A DNA stretch of 64,000 nucleotides from Bacteroidaceae bacterium (GTDB lineage Bacteria > Bacteroidota > Bacteroidia > Bacteroidales > Bacteroidaceae): contig JAEEZX010000006.1 of NCBI GenBank assembly GCA_016292045.1, positions 7,757 to 71,756 on the forward strand. Direction: 5' to 3'. Below are positions 40,940 through 49,978 of the stretch, piece by piece. The translations under genes were made by a program, and so were the position numbers. A model generated the notes under the pieces. It searched no databases, had not been told where the DNA came from, and was given only the letters and a program-made list of their open reading frames with translations. Position 1 is the stretch's first letter. Every line of letters starts with the position of its first letter.

Positions 40940-41926
40940 ATGGGGAATAAAAGGGCTAACAACAAAGGAATGAGAAAATTTTTGCTATCACTTATCTGCA
41001 GTGCTGCGAGTCTCGCATGTCTCGCACAAGATCAGTTGGCGGCTGTCGCTCCGGCCGATTGGCACGTAAGACGCATTGATTCCGTTTCCATCGTGCGTAT
41101 CATGGAGCGGGAAAACCTGCAAAATCCCGCATTTGCACTCTACCAGAGTTGGAACAACAAGTATGTCAGGAATTACGGCGTGGAGATACCTAACGAGTAT
41201 GTCATTGACCTTCGCGGTTTCAGAATGCCATGCGAAAGCAAGCTCGTAACCTCCTCGTACGGCTACCGTAAAACCTTCCGCAGAAACCACTACGGCACCG
41301 ACATCAAAGTATATGTCGGCGACACTATCCGTGCAGCTTTCTCCGGAAAAGTACGTATTGTGGCATACGAAGGCAAAGGCTATGGCAACTACGTCATCAT
41401 CCGCCATCCCAACGGACTGGAGACCACTTACGGTCACATGTCCAAGCACCTCGTGAGCGAAGATCAGATTGTGAGTGCCGGACAGCCCATCGGTCTCGGT
41501 GGCAACACGGGACGCTCCTACGGCAGTCATCTGCATTTTGAGACACGTTTCCTTGGGCAGTTCATCAATCCCGAGTTGCTCTTCAATTTCGAGCAGCAGG
41601 ATGTGCTGGGCGACTGCTATGTCTTCCGCAAAAACGGACGCGGTCAGATTCTGGCCAAAGCTGACGGTATTCTCGGCAGACAGCAGGAGACCTCTCCCGA
41701 AGATCTCGCAGTTATTGCCGAGCAGGCACAGAAGCAGGCTGAGAGCCGCGGTTTCCAGAATCAGAGACGTCAGACTATCCGCCAAGGCGGAGTGTATAAG
41801 GTCAAGAGCGGAGACAGTCTTTCCAAGATTGCATCCAAGATTGGAACGACTGTAGACAAGCTTTGCAGCGCGAATAAGATTTCCGCAAGGACTCCTCTTC
41901 GCGTAGGACAGATTCTTCGATACTGA
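40940..41926 (+). CDS. M23 family metallopeptidase with C-terminal LysM domain
   Basis: HYGTDI and GNTGRSYGSHLHFE (M23 motifs). C-terminal YKVKSGDSLSKIASKIG...LRVGQIL (LysM). An alternative start is at 40970. Confidence 0.85.
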   Translation: MGNKRANNKGMRKFLLSLICSAASLACLAQDQLAAVAPADWHVRRIDSVSIVRIMERENLQNPAFALYQSWNNKYVRNYGVEIPNEYVIDLRGFRMPCESKLVTSSYGYRKTFRRNHYGTDIKVYVGDTIRAAFSGKVRIVAYEGKGYGNYVIIRHPNGLETTYGHMSKHLVSEDQIVSAGQPIGLGGNTGRSYGSHLHFETRFLGQFINPELLFNFEQQDVLGDCYVFRKNGRGQILAKADGILGRQQETSPEDLAVIAEQAQKQAESRGFQNQRRQTIRQGGVYKVKSGDSLSKIASKIGTTVDKLCSANKISARTPLRVGQILRY

Positions 41927-42495
41927 TGACCACGAAGGAACAGTTTGAGAATATTCTCGCTGAATGCCGCAGTCTCTTTGAGAAGAAGTTGCACGACTAC
42001 GGTCCGGCTTGGCGTATCCTGCGCCCCACCTCACTCACCGACCAGATTTTCATCAAAGCGGGACGCATCCGTTCTATCGAGACAAAGAAAGAGGCATGGG
42101 TCAATGAAGGCATCCGTCCTGAGTTTATCGGAATTGTCAACTATGCCATCATAGGACTCATTCAACTCGACCTGGGTCCCGAGATGCCGTCATCAACAGC
42201 AAAGGCCACATCCATGACCAACGAAGAGGCTATTGCCGCTTACGACAAGTGGGCGGGAAAGACGCTGGAGCTCATGCTGCGCAAGAATCACGACTACGAT
42301 GAGGCATGGCGCTCCATGAGAGTGTCTTCCTACACGGACCTCATCCTCATGAAGATATTCAGAACAAAACAAATAGAGTCCCTAGCGGGGGACACTTTGG
42401 TGTCGGAAGGTATCGATGCCAACTATATGGACATGATGAACTACGCCGTATTCGGCCTGATAAAACTCACATACGGTGAGGACGCTCCTTGTTAA
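41926..42495 (+). CDS. DUF1599 domain protein
   Basis: 189 aa. Two repeats of the pattern K..DYG.AWR......S..D.I..K..R recalled from DUF1599. The synteny with DoxX-like-tpiA-SPOR-folE is typical of Bacteroidales. Confidence 0.65.
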   Translation: MTTKEQFENILAECRSLFEKKLHDYGPAWRILRPTSLTDQIFIKAGRIRSIETKKEAWVNEGIRPEFIGIVNYAIIGLIQLDLGPEMPSSTAKATSMTNEEAIAAYDKWAGKTLELMLRKNHDYDEAWRSMRVSSYTDLILMKIFRTKQIESLAGDTLVSEGIDANYMDMMNYAVFGLIKLTYGEDAPC

Positions 42496-43741
42496 CTTCT
42501 GCCGTCTCGTTCTGGCATTCACCTTCATCCTCTCGGGACTGGTCAAAATAATCGACCCGAAAGGTTTCTCCTACAAAATAGAGGAATACGCGGGAGCGTA
42601 CGGAATTACAGACTTCGACATCACGCCGGCACCGCTTTTCATGGCTGCCGCTGTGGCAATGCTGGAGTTTTCCGTAGGCATATATCTCTTTTTCGGCATT
42701 CGCAGACGAGCCACAGCTGGAGTTACCCTCCTGATGATGCTCTTCTTCACAGCACTCACCTTCAACGCATGGCGACTGGACAATGTGCACGACTGCGGCT
42801 GCTTCGGAGATATCATCCACCTCACTCCCGTACAGACATTGCTGAAGAATGTCTTTCTGCTGCTCTGCTGCCTGCCTGTAATGCGCTGGCCCCGACTGCA
42901 GGTGCGTTTCATCAGTGAGAAAAGTCAGTGGACAATCGGACTTTATTCCTGGATATACGGTGCTGCGCTGTGTGCCTACAACATCTACATGCTGCCCGTG
43001 ATGGACTTCCGTCCTTATCACATCGGAGCAGATATTCTGGCCGCGATGCAACCCACCGAAGGTGCCGACGTGCGCTACACACACACATTCATAATGGAAA
43101 AGGACGGTGTGCGCAAGGAATTCACCCTTGAGGACTATCCCGACTCCACATGGACGTTTATCGACAGGCGCACACATATCGAAGGCAGCGCGAAGGCTTT
43201 GCCTCCCATCCACGATTTAACCATCGTCTCACGCGAAACAGGTGTGGACACTACGGAGGCCCTGCTACAGAGCGACGGATGGAAATTCCTCATCGTTGCA
43301 CCGAATCTCGCACAGGCCGACGACGGTATAATGAACGCTCTTGCCGAGCTCACCGACTACTGCAACCAGCACGACTATCCTCTCTTCTGCCTCACGGCGT
43401 CAAGCGAGGACGATATACGTAACTGGCAGGATATCACGGGAGCCGAGTATCCCTATCTGATTTGCGACGAAACGCCGCTGAAGACGATGGTGAGAGCCAA
43501 TCCGGGACTTGTGGTACTGAAAGGTAGCACCGTAAAGGCAAAATTCTCCACGCTCTCCCTGCCGAAGGAGGCGGACCTTACGGACTATGCCGACCGGCTG
43601 CCCCTGTTCAATCCCGTAAAGGAAGACCACATACACATGCTCCTGTCGCTTCTGCTCTGGTTCATTGTCCCTCTGTTCGTCTTCACACTATTGGATAATT
43701 TATATCAACTTTTTATACATTTTAAAAGCAAAAAAAACATT
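42476..43741 (+). CDS. DoxX/MauE-like membrane protein with thioredoxin-like C-domain (BT_3928-like). It has no stop codon of its own and reads in frame into tpiA.
   Basis: N-terminal TM bundle with a DCGCFG motif, a soluble domain and a terminal TM. The frame continues ...[12 protein letters not shown] into tpiA. Confidence 0.6.
43730..43737 (+). repeat. A8 homopolymer at the DoxX-like/tpiA junction
   Basis: Read directly. With A7 the upstream frame would end at the TGA overlapping the tpiA ATG (ATGA). Confidence 0.9.
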
Positions 43742-44500
43742 ATGAGAAAGCACATTGTAGCAGGCAACTGGAAAATGAACAAGAACCTGCAGGAGGGTGT
43801 TGCCCTCGCCAAGGAACTCAAGGAGATTCTCGCTGCTGAGAAGCCCAACTGTGAGGTAATCATCGGTACTCCCTTCATTCACCTCGCTACCGTTTCCGAA
43901 CTCCTCAAGGACAGCGTTATCGCCGTCAGCGCCGAGAACTGCGCCGACAAAGAGAGCGGTGCCTACACAGGTGAAGTGAGCGCAGCAATGGTAAAGAGCA
44001 CCGGTGCCGAGTATGTCATCCTCGGTCACAGCGAGCGCCGCGAGTACTATCACGAGACTCCCGAGATTCTCAAGGAGAAGGTAGATTTGGCACTGGCCAA
44101 CGGTCTGAAGGTTATCTTCTGCATCGGCGAGAGCCTGGCAGAGCGCGAGGCCAACAAGCAGGAGGCTGTGTGCAAGGCTGAGCTTCAGGGGAGCGTATTC
44201 CACCTCTCTGCAGAGCAGTGGAAGAACATCGTGATTGCCTACGAGCCCATTTGGGCTATCGGTACCGGCAAGACCGCTACTGCTGAGCAGGCTGAGGAGA
44301 TTCACGCCTTCATCCGCAAGTGCGTGGCTGAGGTTTACGGTGAAGCTGCAGCACAGGAGACATCCATTCTCTATGGCGGTAGCTGCAAGGCCAGCAACGC
44401 TCCCGAACTCTTCGGTAAGGAAGACATCGACGGCGGCCTCATCGGCGGCGCATCTCTCAAGGCTCCCGACTTCAAGGGTATCATTGATGCTTGGAAATAA
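43742..44500 (+). CDS. tpiA: Triosephosphate isomerase
   Basis: [32 protein letters not shown] and GGASL motifs. An A-rich initiation region lies upstream. Confidence 0.9.
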   Translation: MRKHIVAGNWKMNKNLQEGVALAKELKEILAAEKPNCEVIIGTPFIHLATVSELLKDSVIAVSAENCADKESGAYTGEVSAAMVKSTGAEYVILGHSERREYYHETPEILKEKVDLALANGLKVIFCIGESLAEREANKQEAVCKAELQGSVFHLSAEQWKNIVIAYEPIWAIGTGKTATAEQAEEIHAFIRKCVAEVYGEAAAQETSILYGGSCKASNAPELFGKEDIDGGLIGGASLKAPDFKGIIDAWK

Positions 44501-44957
44501 GATTATAATCACACTGCTTCTCTGGGTTGTAGCTCTTACGGCTACAGCTCAGAGAACAGACACCATCGCCCATCACGACTGGCCCGTGTGGATTCTTCCC
44601 AACGACAGTTGTGTCGTGGTGCGCGACTCTGCCACCCGGCAGCCCGTCATCCATCAGGTGGACTCCTCACTGATGGTCAAGGTGCGTGTCAACGGCTTCC
44701 GTGTGCAGCTCTATTCCGGCGGCAATTCCCGCAAGGATAAGATAAAGGCCATCGAGATGGCACACACAGCCAAGATGTATTTCGAAGAGAGCCCCATCTA
44801 CACACAGTTCATCTCCCCCCACTGGATTTGTCGCATGGGCGATTTCGTGGATCACGCGGAAGCGCTGCACATGCTCCACAAGGTGAGAGAGACCGGCAGA
44901 TTTTCGGAGGCTGTTCTCGTCAAGTGCAAGGTGAACTCCTGGCAGATAGCCAGATAA
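44487..44957 (+). CDS. SPOR domain-containing protein
   Basis: An internal ATG gives a signal/TM segment, [22 protein letters not shown]. The C-terminal [15 protein letters not shown]...WICRMGDF is SPOR-like. It overlaps the tpiA end by 14 nt. Confidence 0.65.
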   Translation: MLGNKIIITLLLWVVALTATAQRTDTIAHHDWPVWILPNDSCVVVRDSATRQPVIHQVDSSLMVKVRVNGFRVQLYSGGNSRKDKIKAIEMAHTAKMYFEESPIYTQFISPHWICRMGDFVDHAEALHMLHKVRETGRFSEAVLVKCKVNSWQIAR

Positions 44958-44969
44958 ACGCGCCGCATA

Positions 44970-45578
44970 ATGAGCCAGTTCGACAAGACATACGACCCCA
45001 CTCTCAACAACCAGCCCCTGACACCTCAGCAGCAGGCCATCAGCGAGCATGTGCGTGCCATCCTCGAACTCCTGGGCGAGGACCCCGAGAGAGAGGGACT
45101 GCTCAAGACACCACGTCGCGTGGCGCGGGCTATGACGGAACTCACCCGAGGCTACCGCGAAAACGCCATCTGCATACTCAATTCGGCAAAGTTCCAGGAA
45201 GACTACCGTCAGATGGTCATTGTCAAGGACATCAATTTCTATTCGCTCTGCGAGCACCACATGCTGCCTTTTTACGGTCAGGTGCATGTGGCATATATTC
45301 CCGACGGGGAAGTGACCGGACTCTCCAAGATTGCGCGCCTGGTGGACTGCTTCGCCCATCGCCTTCAGATACAGGAGCGCATGACAAAGCAGATACGCGA
45401 AGCCATACAGGAAGCTCTGCATCCTCTCGGCGTGATGGTTGTCATCGAGGCGCAGCACATGTGTATGCAGATGCGAGGTGTCGAGAAGCAGGGCAGCATC
45501 ACCACAACATCCGATTTTTCAGGTGCATTCAATCAGGCTAAAACCCGCGAAGAGTTTCTAAGTCTCATCCATTCTTAG
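44970..45578 (+). CDS. folE: GTP cyclohydrolase I
   Basis: 202 aa. CEHHMLPF and the [16 protein letters not shown] motif. Confidence 0.95.
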   Translation: MSQFDKTYDPTLNNQPLTPQQQAISEHVRAILELLGEDPEREGLLKTPRRVARAMTELTRGYRENAICILNSAKFQEDYRQMVIVKDINFYSLCEHHMLPFYGQVHVAYIPDGEVTGLSKIARLVDCFAHRLQIQERMTKQIREAIQEALHPLGVMVVIEAQHMCMQMRGVEKQGSITTTSDFSGAFNQAKTREEFLSLIHS

Positions 45579-45612
45579 GAATTTAACATTTTTTCAGCAA
45601 AAATCCGAGAAC

Positions 45613-45642
45613 TTGACAAGTTTATCCAACAATTTGACAAGT
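45613..45642 (+). promoter_or_regulatory. Direct repeat TTGACAAGT x2 (21-bp phasing), candidate operator upstream of the uptake locus
   Basis: Identical 9-mers at 45613-45621 and 45634-45642, just upstream of the -7 box at 45663-45670. Confidence 0.3.
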
Positions 45643-45662
45643 CATTCTCAAAAAAAATGTTG

Positions 45663-45670
45663 TACCTTTG
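45663..45670 (+). promoter_or_regulatory. -7 promoter box TACCTTTG
   Basis: Match to TAnnTTTG 34 nt before the ATG at 45704. Confidence 0.55.
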
Positions 45671-45703
45671 CCGCCGATTTAAAACATCCAATTATTTCAA
45701 TCT

Positions 45704-46618
45704 ATGAAAAAGATTCTATTTCTCTTCGTATCGCTGTTTCTTACGGCAACCACAATGACGACATTCACCTCCTGCGGTGACGACGATGATGCTGTTTCTC
45801 CTGTTATCCCGGGACTCCCTGATGACAAGGGCGGTGACGACTCCGGGAGCGATGAAGGAGAACTCATCCACGAGTTCGCTGGCTGGCTCAATGTCTCCTG
45901 CGGATATTTCCACGATTCCTACTACGGTGAAGGTGCTGTGATACGCGTCTATAAGAAGGGCGATGCCTACACCTGCCAGTTCCACGACAACACGTGGGGC
46001 GACGGAAGTTTCGACATCACTACGGAACGCGGACAGATTAGCGGCACAGGCACGCTTGAGATGCCAGGTCAGCACGGTCGTCCGGCAAAGAGCTACGAGG
46101 CCACCATCTCCGGTCCTATGACAAAGATAACCGTCTCCGTACCCTCCGTAATGGGCGGCACCGACATCACATGGAACTACGGTACACGAGTTGGCGGCGC
46201 ATTCACCGGCACCAACAATGTCAGCGTGGGCGGCACCTATAACTACTCTGCCGAGAATGTTGTGCAGACCGTGACTGTCAACACTGACGGTACTGTCAGC
46301 CTCACCGTCTCCGAGTACAGCCTCACGGGCACCGTGATGGGCGACCTCACACTGGGCAGCTACACCATCCAGAACATTCCCTTCAATCAGCAAAAGGGCG
46401 GCTTCTACAAGGAGTATGCCGACGAAACCCTCTCGGTTCACTTCAAGGCCGTTAAGGACGGTAGCACGACATTCGACAACGACTACATCTTCAACAACAA
46501 CACCACTACAACCTCCATCCTCATCAAGCCCACGGAGACGGGAATCAGCATCGTCAACGACTTCTCGATAGGTTCGATGCCCTTCCCCATCACCGCCACA
46601 ATGGAGGGAACAAAGTAA
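45704..46618 (+). CDS. Calycin-like (lipocalin-like beta-barrel) surface lipoprotein, two tandem domains
   Basis: Lipoprotein signal MKKILFLFVSLFLTATTMTTFTSC, an acidic linker, then two beta-rich halves. GTVMGDLTLGSYTIQN resembles the Calycin_like family. Confidence 0.55.
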   Translation: MKKILFLFVSLFLTATTMTTFTSCGDDDDAVSPVIPGLPDDKGGDDSGSDEGELIHEFAGWLNVSCGYFHDSYYGEGAVIRVYKKGDAYTCQFHDNTWGDGSFDITTERGQISGTGTLEMPGQHGRPAKSYEATISGPMTKITVSVPSVMGGTDITWNYGTRVGGAFTGTNNVSVGGTYNYSAENVVQTVTVNTDGTVSLTVSEYSLTGTVMGDLTLGSYTIQNIPFNQQKGGFYKEYADETLSVHFKAVKDGSTTFDNDYIFNNNTTTTSILIKPTETGISIVNDFSIGSMPFPITATMEGTK

Positions 46619-46675
46619 TTGCAAACACATCACACACATAAGAAAACGACTGTCATCCATTTTCTTATACCAAAG

Positions 46676-47467
46676 ATGCGTATCCTTATAATACTCCCTC
46701 TGCTGATGCCTCTCATGACATCGTGCGAGGGAGTATTTGACGGACTTTACGACACACCTGTCGCAGCTGCCTCCTCCGCCAGCATTGTGTGCAACACAGT
46801 CGAGGGTACGCTCTATATTGATGCGAGCAAGTGGGACGAGTGGCACTATATCGACCTTCCCACGCTCAACAGTCACGTCATGAAGGACGCTTCCTACGAC
46901 CTCAACCGCGACTGGCGCACTTACTCCATCCCGATGCCCGAAAACGGCACTCCCGGCGAGGACGTCACCGGCCACCAGCGCCCGGGACAGTACATGTACT
47001 GGTTCAACGGCACGATAGGTCAGACGGTGAAGGAACATGAGTTCCGCTACTTCACTCCCGCCGCCGAGCAGCCTGCTCCCGCTTCGTGGACATTTGCCGT
47101 TCACCGCAGCGAGGTGCGCACCAACGGAGGCAGCGCCTGGAAATCTTCCCTCGACAACATATCCATGGCAAGTCTCGCCACCTGCTACGGTGCCGTCTTC
47201 GCGCCCGATGAGTGGAGTGAGACGGATGTCTGGGACGACTCCGGACAGATGCTGCTCCAGCTCATCCCTTCCCAGGGCATACGCATCAACAAAGTGCTGG
47301 GCAGCTGGCTTGCCCTCGGTGTGATGCCCAACTACGTGATGGACTCCCACGTCTTCTTCCTGCGACTCTCCGACGGAAGCGTAGCGGCGCTTCAGCTCAT
47401 CAACCATCTCAGCGACACCAACAAGAGGTGCTGCCTCACCATCAAATACCGCTACCCGCTGCAGTGA
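46676..47467 (+). CDS. HmuY-like lipoprotein
   Basis: An internal ATG gives MRILIILPLLMPLMTSC (lipobox). WHYIDL and WTFAVHRSEVRTNGG resemble HmuY-family signatures. It lies directly upstream of a TonB-dependent receptor. Confidence 0.6.
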   Translation: MRILIILPLLMPLMTSCEGVFDGLYDTPVAAASSASIVCNTVEGTLYIDASKWDEWHYIDLPTLNSHVMKDASYDLNRDWRTYSIPMPENGTPGEDVTGHQRPGQYMYWFNGTIGQTVKEHEFRYFTPAAEQPAPASWTFAVHRSEVRTNGGSAWKSSLDNISMASLATCYGAVFAPDEWSETDVWDDSGQMLLQLIPSQGIRINKVLGSWLALGVMPNYVMDSHVFFLRLSDGSVAALQLINHLSDTNKRCCLTIKYRYPLQ

Positions 47468-49461
47468 CACGCCTCCTGAGCCATACACTGCGCATCTTTT
47501 CCGTTCTCCTGCTGCTCACTGCTGCGGAGCATGTGCATGCCAACGCCAATCTCACGGAGGCACAGCTCGACTCCATCGAGCGAGCCTGCGAGCGTGTCAG
47601 CGAAATGGAGACCGTCGTGGTCACCGGCACACGCACGCCGAAGCTCCTCAAGGAGACTCCCATCCTCACCCGCGTGCTCAGCGCTGACGACATACGCAAG
47701 GCCGATGCCACCAACATACAGGACCTGCTGCAGGCGGAAATGCCGGGCGTGGAGTTCACCTATGCAATGAATCAGCAGGTGAACATGAACATCTCGGGCT
47801 TTTCCGGTCAGAGTGTGCTCATCCTGGTGGACGGCGAACCGCTTGCCGGCGAGACGCTCGACAATATCGACTTCACACGCATCGCAATGACAGATGTGGA
47901 GCGCATCGAGATAGTGAAGGGTGCAGCATCGGCACTCTACGGCAGCAGTGCCATCGGCGGTGTCATCAACATCATCACCAAGCGTCCGAAAGACCCCTGG
48001 ACCCTGCATCTCGACGGTCGCTACGGCCATCATAACGAGCAGCGCTACAATGTCTATCACGACCTCCGGCAGGGCATCTACTCCCACAGCATCGCCTTCT
48101 CGCGCACCTCGTCGGACAACTATTCCCTGAGCGATCGCGACAGTCACGCCGCCACGCGCACCGTATCACAGGTCTATGGCGACCGGACGTGGATGGCAAA
48201 ATACGGAGCCACAGTCGATGTGAAGCCCTCGCTGAAACTCTCCGCGCGTCTCGGTTATTTCCGCCGCACGGTGGAGCGCACACCCGACACACCCGAGCGC
48301 TATCACGACTACACGGGCGGCATACGGGGAGCATGGGACATCACATCCCGCGACCACATGGAGCTCTCCTACTCTTTCGACCAGTACGACAAGTCAAAAT
48401 ACCAGCACCTGGCCTCGCTTGACATACGCGACTACAGCAATGTGAAGAACAGCACGCGCCTGCTCTACAGTCACAATTTCTCCCGCGGCGACGTGCTCAC
48501 CGTCGGTGCCGATTATCTCTACGACTATCTCATGAGCAACAATCTCGCTGCTCCCGTGCATCAGCAGAATTTCGATGCCTTTGCGCAGTACGACTGGAAG
48601 GTGACATCCGAATGGGGCATCGTGAGTGCTGTGCGCTACGACTACTTCTCCGAGGGCAGTCTCTCTCGCGTCACTCCCAAGGTGTCAGCCTGCTGGCGCT
48701 CCACACCGCGCTGCACCATGCGTCTGTCCTACGGTATGGGCTTCCGGGCCCCCACCCTCAAGGAGCTCTACAACGACTTCGATATGGCGGGCATCTGGAT
48801 TGTGGAGGGCAACAAGAATCTGCGCCCCGAGAGCTCGCACAACATCAGTCTCTCCGGCGAATACCTCGCGCACGGTTGGGACTTCATCATCGCAGGTTTC
48901 TACAACCGCATCTACAACCACATCACCACTGGCGTACCGTATTACAAACCCGGCGACACGCGCCAGCTCTATCTCACCTACATCAATCTCGGCGACATGA
49001 ACGTCTACGGTGCGGAGGTCACCGTCACCAAGCGCTGGGACTGCGGACTCGGCATGAAACTGGGCTACACCTACACCCACGAGGATGTCTCCGGACGCAG
49101 CGCCACACCCTATATGCCGGCCCGTGCTCATTCCTTCACGATGCGCACCGACTGGGATCGCCAGTTCAACCGCACGTGGGGCCTCAATGTGGCTCTCTCC
49201 GGCAAGACCTTCTCTGCCATCGACAATCTGGAGTACACCAATCTCTACGACATCTCGGCCGGCACTCATCCGGTGCACTACCCCGCCTATTCGATGTGGA
49301 AAATTCAGGCATCGGTACGCCTGCGCCAATGGTGTCAGATTCGGGCCAATGTGGACAATCTCTTCAACTACCGTCCCGACTACTACTATTACAACGCCCC
49401 CCTCACCACGGGCACCAGTTTCCTCGTCGGTCTCTCGCTGGATATTGACAAGATAAAGTGA
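47464..49461 (+). CDS. TonB-dependent receptor (HmuR/BtuB-size, about 665 aa)
   Basis: The GTG at 47464 overlaps the upstream TGA (GTGA); an alternative ATG is at 47428. Plug motifs ETVVVTGTR, VLILVDG and IEIVKGAASALYGSSAIGGVINIITK. The C-terminal beta-barrel ends in a terminal aromatic-rich strand. Confidence 0.85.
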   Translation: MTRLLSHTLRIFSVLLLLTAAEHVHANANLTEAQLDSIERACERVSEMETVVVTGTRTPKLLKETPILTRVLSADDIRKADATNIQDLLQAEMPGVEFTYAMNQQVNMNISGFSGQSVLILVDGEPLAGETLDNIDFTRIAMTDVERIEIVKGAASALYGSSAIGGVINIITKRPKDPWTLHLDGRYGHHNEQRYNVYHDLRQGIYSHSIAFSRTSSDNYSLSDRDSHAATRTVSQVYGDRTWMAKYGATVDVKPSLKLSARLGYFRRTVERTPDTPERYHDYTGGIRGAWDITSRDHMELSYSFDQYDKSKYQHLASLDIRDYSNVKNSTRLLYSHNFSRGDVLTVGADYLYDYLMSNNLAAPVHQQNFDAFAQYDWKVTSEWGIVSAVRYDYFSEGSLSRVTPKVSACWRSTPRCTMRLSYGMGFRAPTLKELYNDFDMAGIWIVEGNKNLRPESSHNISLSGEYLAHGWDFIIAGFYNRIYNHITTGVPYYKPGDTRQLYLTYINLGDMNVYGAEVTVTKRWDCGLGMKLGYTYTHEDVSGRSATPYMPARAHSFTMRTDWDRQFNRTWGLNVALSGKTFSAIDNLEYTNLYDISAGTHPVHYPAYSMWKIQASVRLRQWCQIRANVDNLFNYRPDYYYYNAPLTTGTSFLVGLSLDIDKIK

Positions 49462-49465
49462 GGGG

Positions 49466-49870
49466 TCAGTTCAGATAAGGTGCAAAGGCCCTGTTGTATT
49501 CCTCGCTGTCTGACAGGCTTCCGTTGACGACGCACACTATCGTGATGTCTCCCCGGAAACACAGCACCTCGTCGGCAGCCCTGAAGATATCCTGGTGGAA
49601 CACGTATTTTATCCCCTGCTTGTCTATCCACAGACGCGATATGAATTCGTCGTCGCAGCGCAGCGGAGCCTTGAACTGCAGGTTCATGCGTGCCACCACG
49701 GCGTCGATACCTTTCTCGTGCATCTGTGCGAAGCTCAGTCCGCAATGCTTCAGGAAGAGGTGTCTGGTGTGCTCCGTATAGTGCAGGTAGTTGGCGTTGT
49801 TGACGATACCTTCTATGTCGCATTCGTAGTCGCGCACCTCCATGCGTGTCTCAAAGATGTATTTCACCAT
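49466..49870 (-). CDS. Acyl-CoA thioesterase (4HBT/YbgC-like hotdog fold)
   Basis: 134 aa. VRDYECDIEGIVNNANYLHY is typical of the YbgC/4HBT family. Confidence 0.8.
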   Translation of the reverse strand: MVKYIFETRMEVRDYECDIEGIVNNANYLHYTEHTRHLFLKHCGLSFAQMHEKGIDAVVARMNLQFKAPLRCDDEFISRLWIDKQGIKYVFHQDIFRAADEVLCFRGDITIVCVVNGSLSDSEEYNRAFAPYLN

Positions 49871-49906
49871 ATTTAGGACTGTTTCTTTTTCCGCTGCAAA
49901 GGTACG

Positions 49907-49914
49907 AAAAAATT
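49907..49914 (-). promoter_or_regulatory. -7 promoter box (TACCTTTG on minus strand)
   Basis: Plus strand reads CAAAGGTA, 37 nt upstream of the ATG at 49870. Confidence 0.5.
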
Positions 49915-49922
49915 AAAAGTGA

Positions 49923-49950
49923 AGAGTTAAAAGTGAAGAGTTTTTCGTTT
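49923..49950. repeat. Period-7/14 purine-rich tandem array (TTAAAAG TGAAGAG x2)
   Basis: Read directly. It lies 29 nt beyond the stop of the 460-aa lipoprotein gene (minus strand) and just upstream of the thioesterase promoter. Confidence 0.85.
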
Positions 49951-49978
49951 CTGGACACAAAATTTTCATCTTACTACA

